49,630 nucleotides of DNA from Thermostichus sp. DRC_bins_24 (lineage in GTDB: Bacteria; Cyanobacteriota; Cyanobacteriia; Thermostichales; Thermostichaceae). The translations under genes and the position numbers were made by a program. The notes below the pieces were generated by a model. That model did no database searches. It was given only the letters and a program-made list of their open reading frames with translations, and was not told the DNA's origin. The stretch lies in contig JAUQVK010000014.1 of the NCBI GenBank assembly GCA_039794845.1, positions 1 through 49,630 on the forward strand. The letters run 5' to 3'. Each line of letters starts with the position of its first letter. Position 1 is the stretch's first letter. Positions 49,263 to 49,630 of the stretch are shown one piece after another.

Positions 49263-49630
49263 CTAATTGGAAATCATATTTTGAACCTTCTCCAAATCTG
49301 AGGGATGGATCCCGATGATATTTAAGGATGAAACAGGATACTGTGTAGGTCTAACCTTGGTTAGCTTGTTGAGAAATTTGTTGTATGTGTAAAACTCATA
49401 TCCCAACTGTTCTAAAACCTGAGCAGTAGCCAATCCAGTACTCTTAGAAGCGTGTTGATTCTCAAAGATAACGACAGGATGACTCTCAGCAAGCAGTTCT
49501 AATGCTCCAGATACAACTTGCTCTTCAGCCCCTTCAGCATCAATCTTGATTAGATCGATTTTGGGTTGGTTCCGTGATCGCCAAACGGAGTCAAGAGACA
49601 TTAGTCTCACTGTTTGGCCATCAGTCGAAG
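49263..49630 (-). CDS. FkbM family methyltransferase (3' part; continues beyond the window)
   Basis: SLDS..IDLIKIDAEGAE..V..G..P.VIFE..LGYEFY motifs. Confidence 0.85.
   Translation of the reverse strand, partial: STDGQTVRLMSLDSVWRSRNQPKIDLIKIDAEGAEEQVVSGALELLAESHPVVIFENQHASKSTGLATAQVLEQLGYEFYTYNKFLNKLTKVRPTQYPVSSLNIIGIHPSDLEKVQNMISN

Larger units (their letters stand above)
1..49630. repeat. Highly iterated palindrome GGGATCCC (HIP1 equivalent) dispersed through the window
   Basis: Many dozens of GGGATCCC/GGATCC copies in coding and intergenic DNA (e.g. 967, 1068, 1128, 1370, 2563, 3758, 4946, 4965). Confidence 0.9.

Overview
This is a 49.6 kb chromosomal segment of a cyanobacterium. Gene content (ntcA, psbV/psbV2, cpcT, ndhN, ldpA, sipA) and the heavily iterated palindrome GGGATCCC point by inference to the hot-spring Synechococcus/Thermostichus lineage. 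It is mostly housekeeping and photosynthesis genes, about 43 CDS. Non-coding or unusual content: (1) a probable 6S RNA gene at ~37.7-37.9 kb (- strand); (2) a tandem phnD-like duplication in which each copy keeps its own four-unit Pho-box promoter; (3) a perfect NtcA autoregulatory site; (4) five copies of a ~70-90 bp heptamer-armed palindromic mini-element. These copies bracket hisN in inverted orientation and fragment a SpoIID/LytB gene, apparently by replacing sequence. There is also a REP-like hairpin patch, two HIP-poor or AT-richer segments (the DUF2252 gene and a terminal glycan-modification island), and a Uma2/coiled-coil chimera. I saw no CRISPR array, tRNA, rRNA or transposase. All family assignments come from motif recognition by eye; no database search was run.
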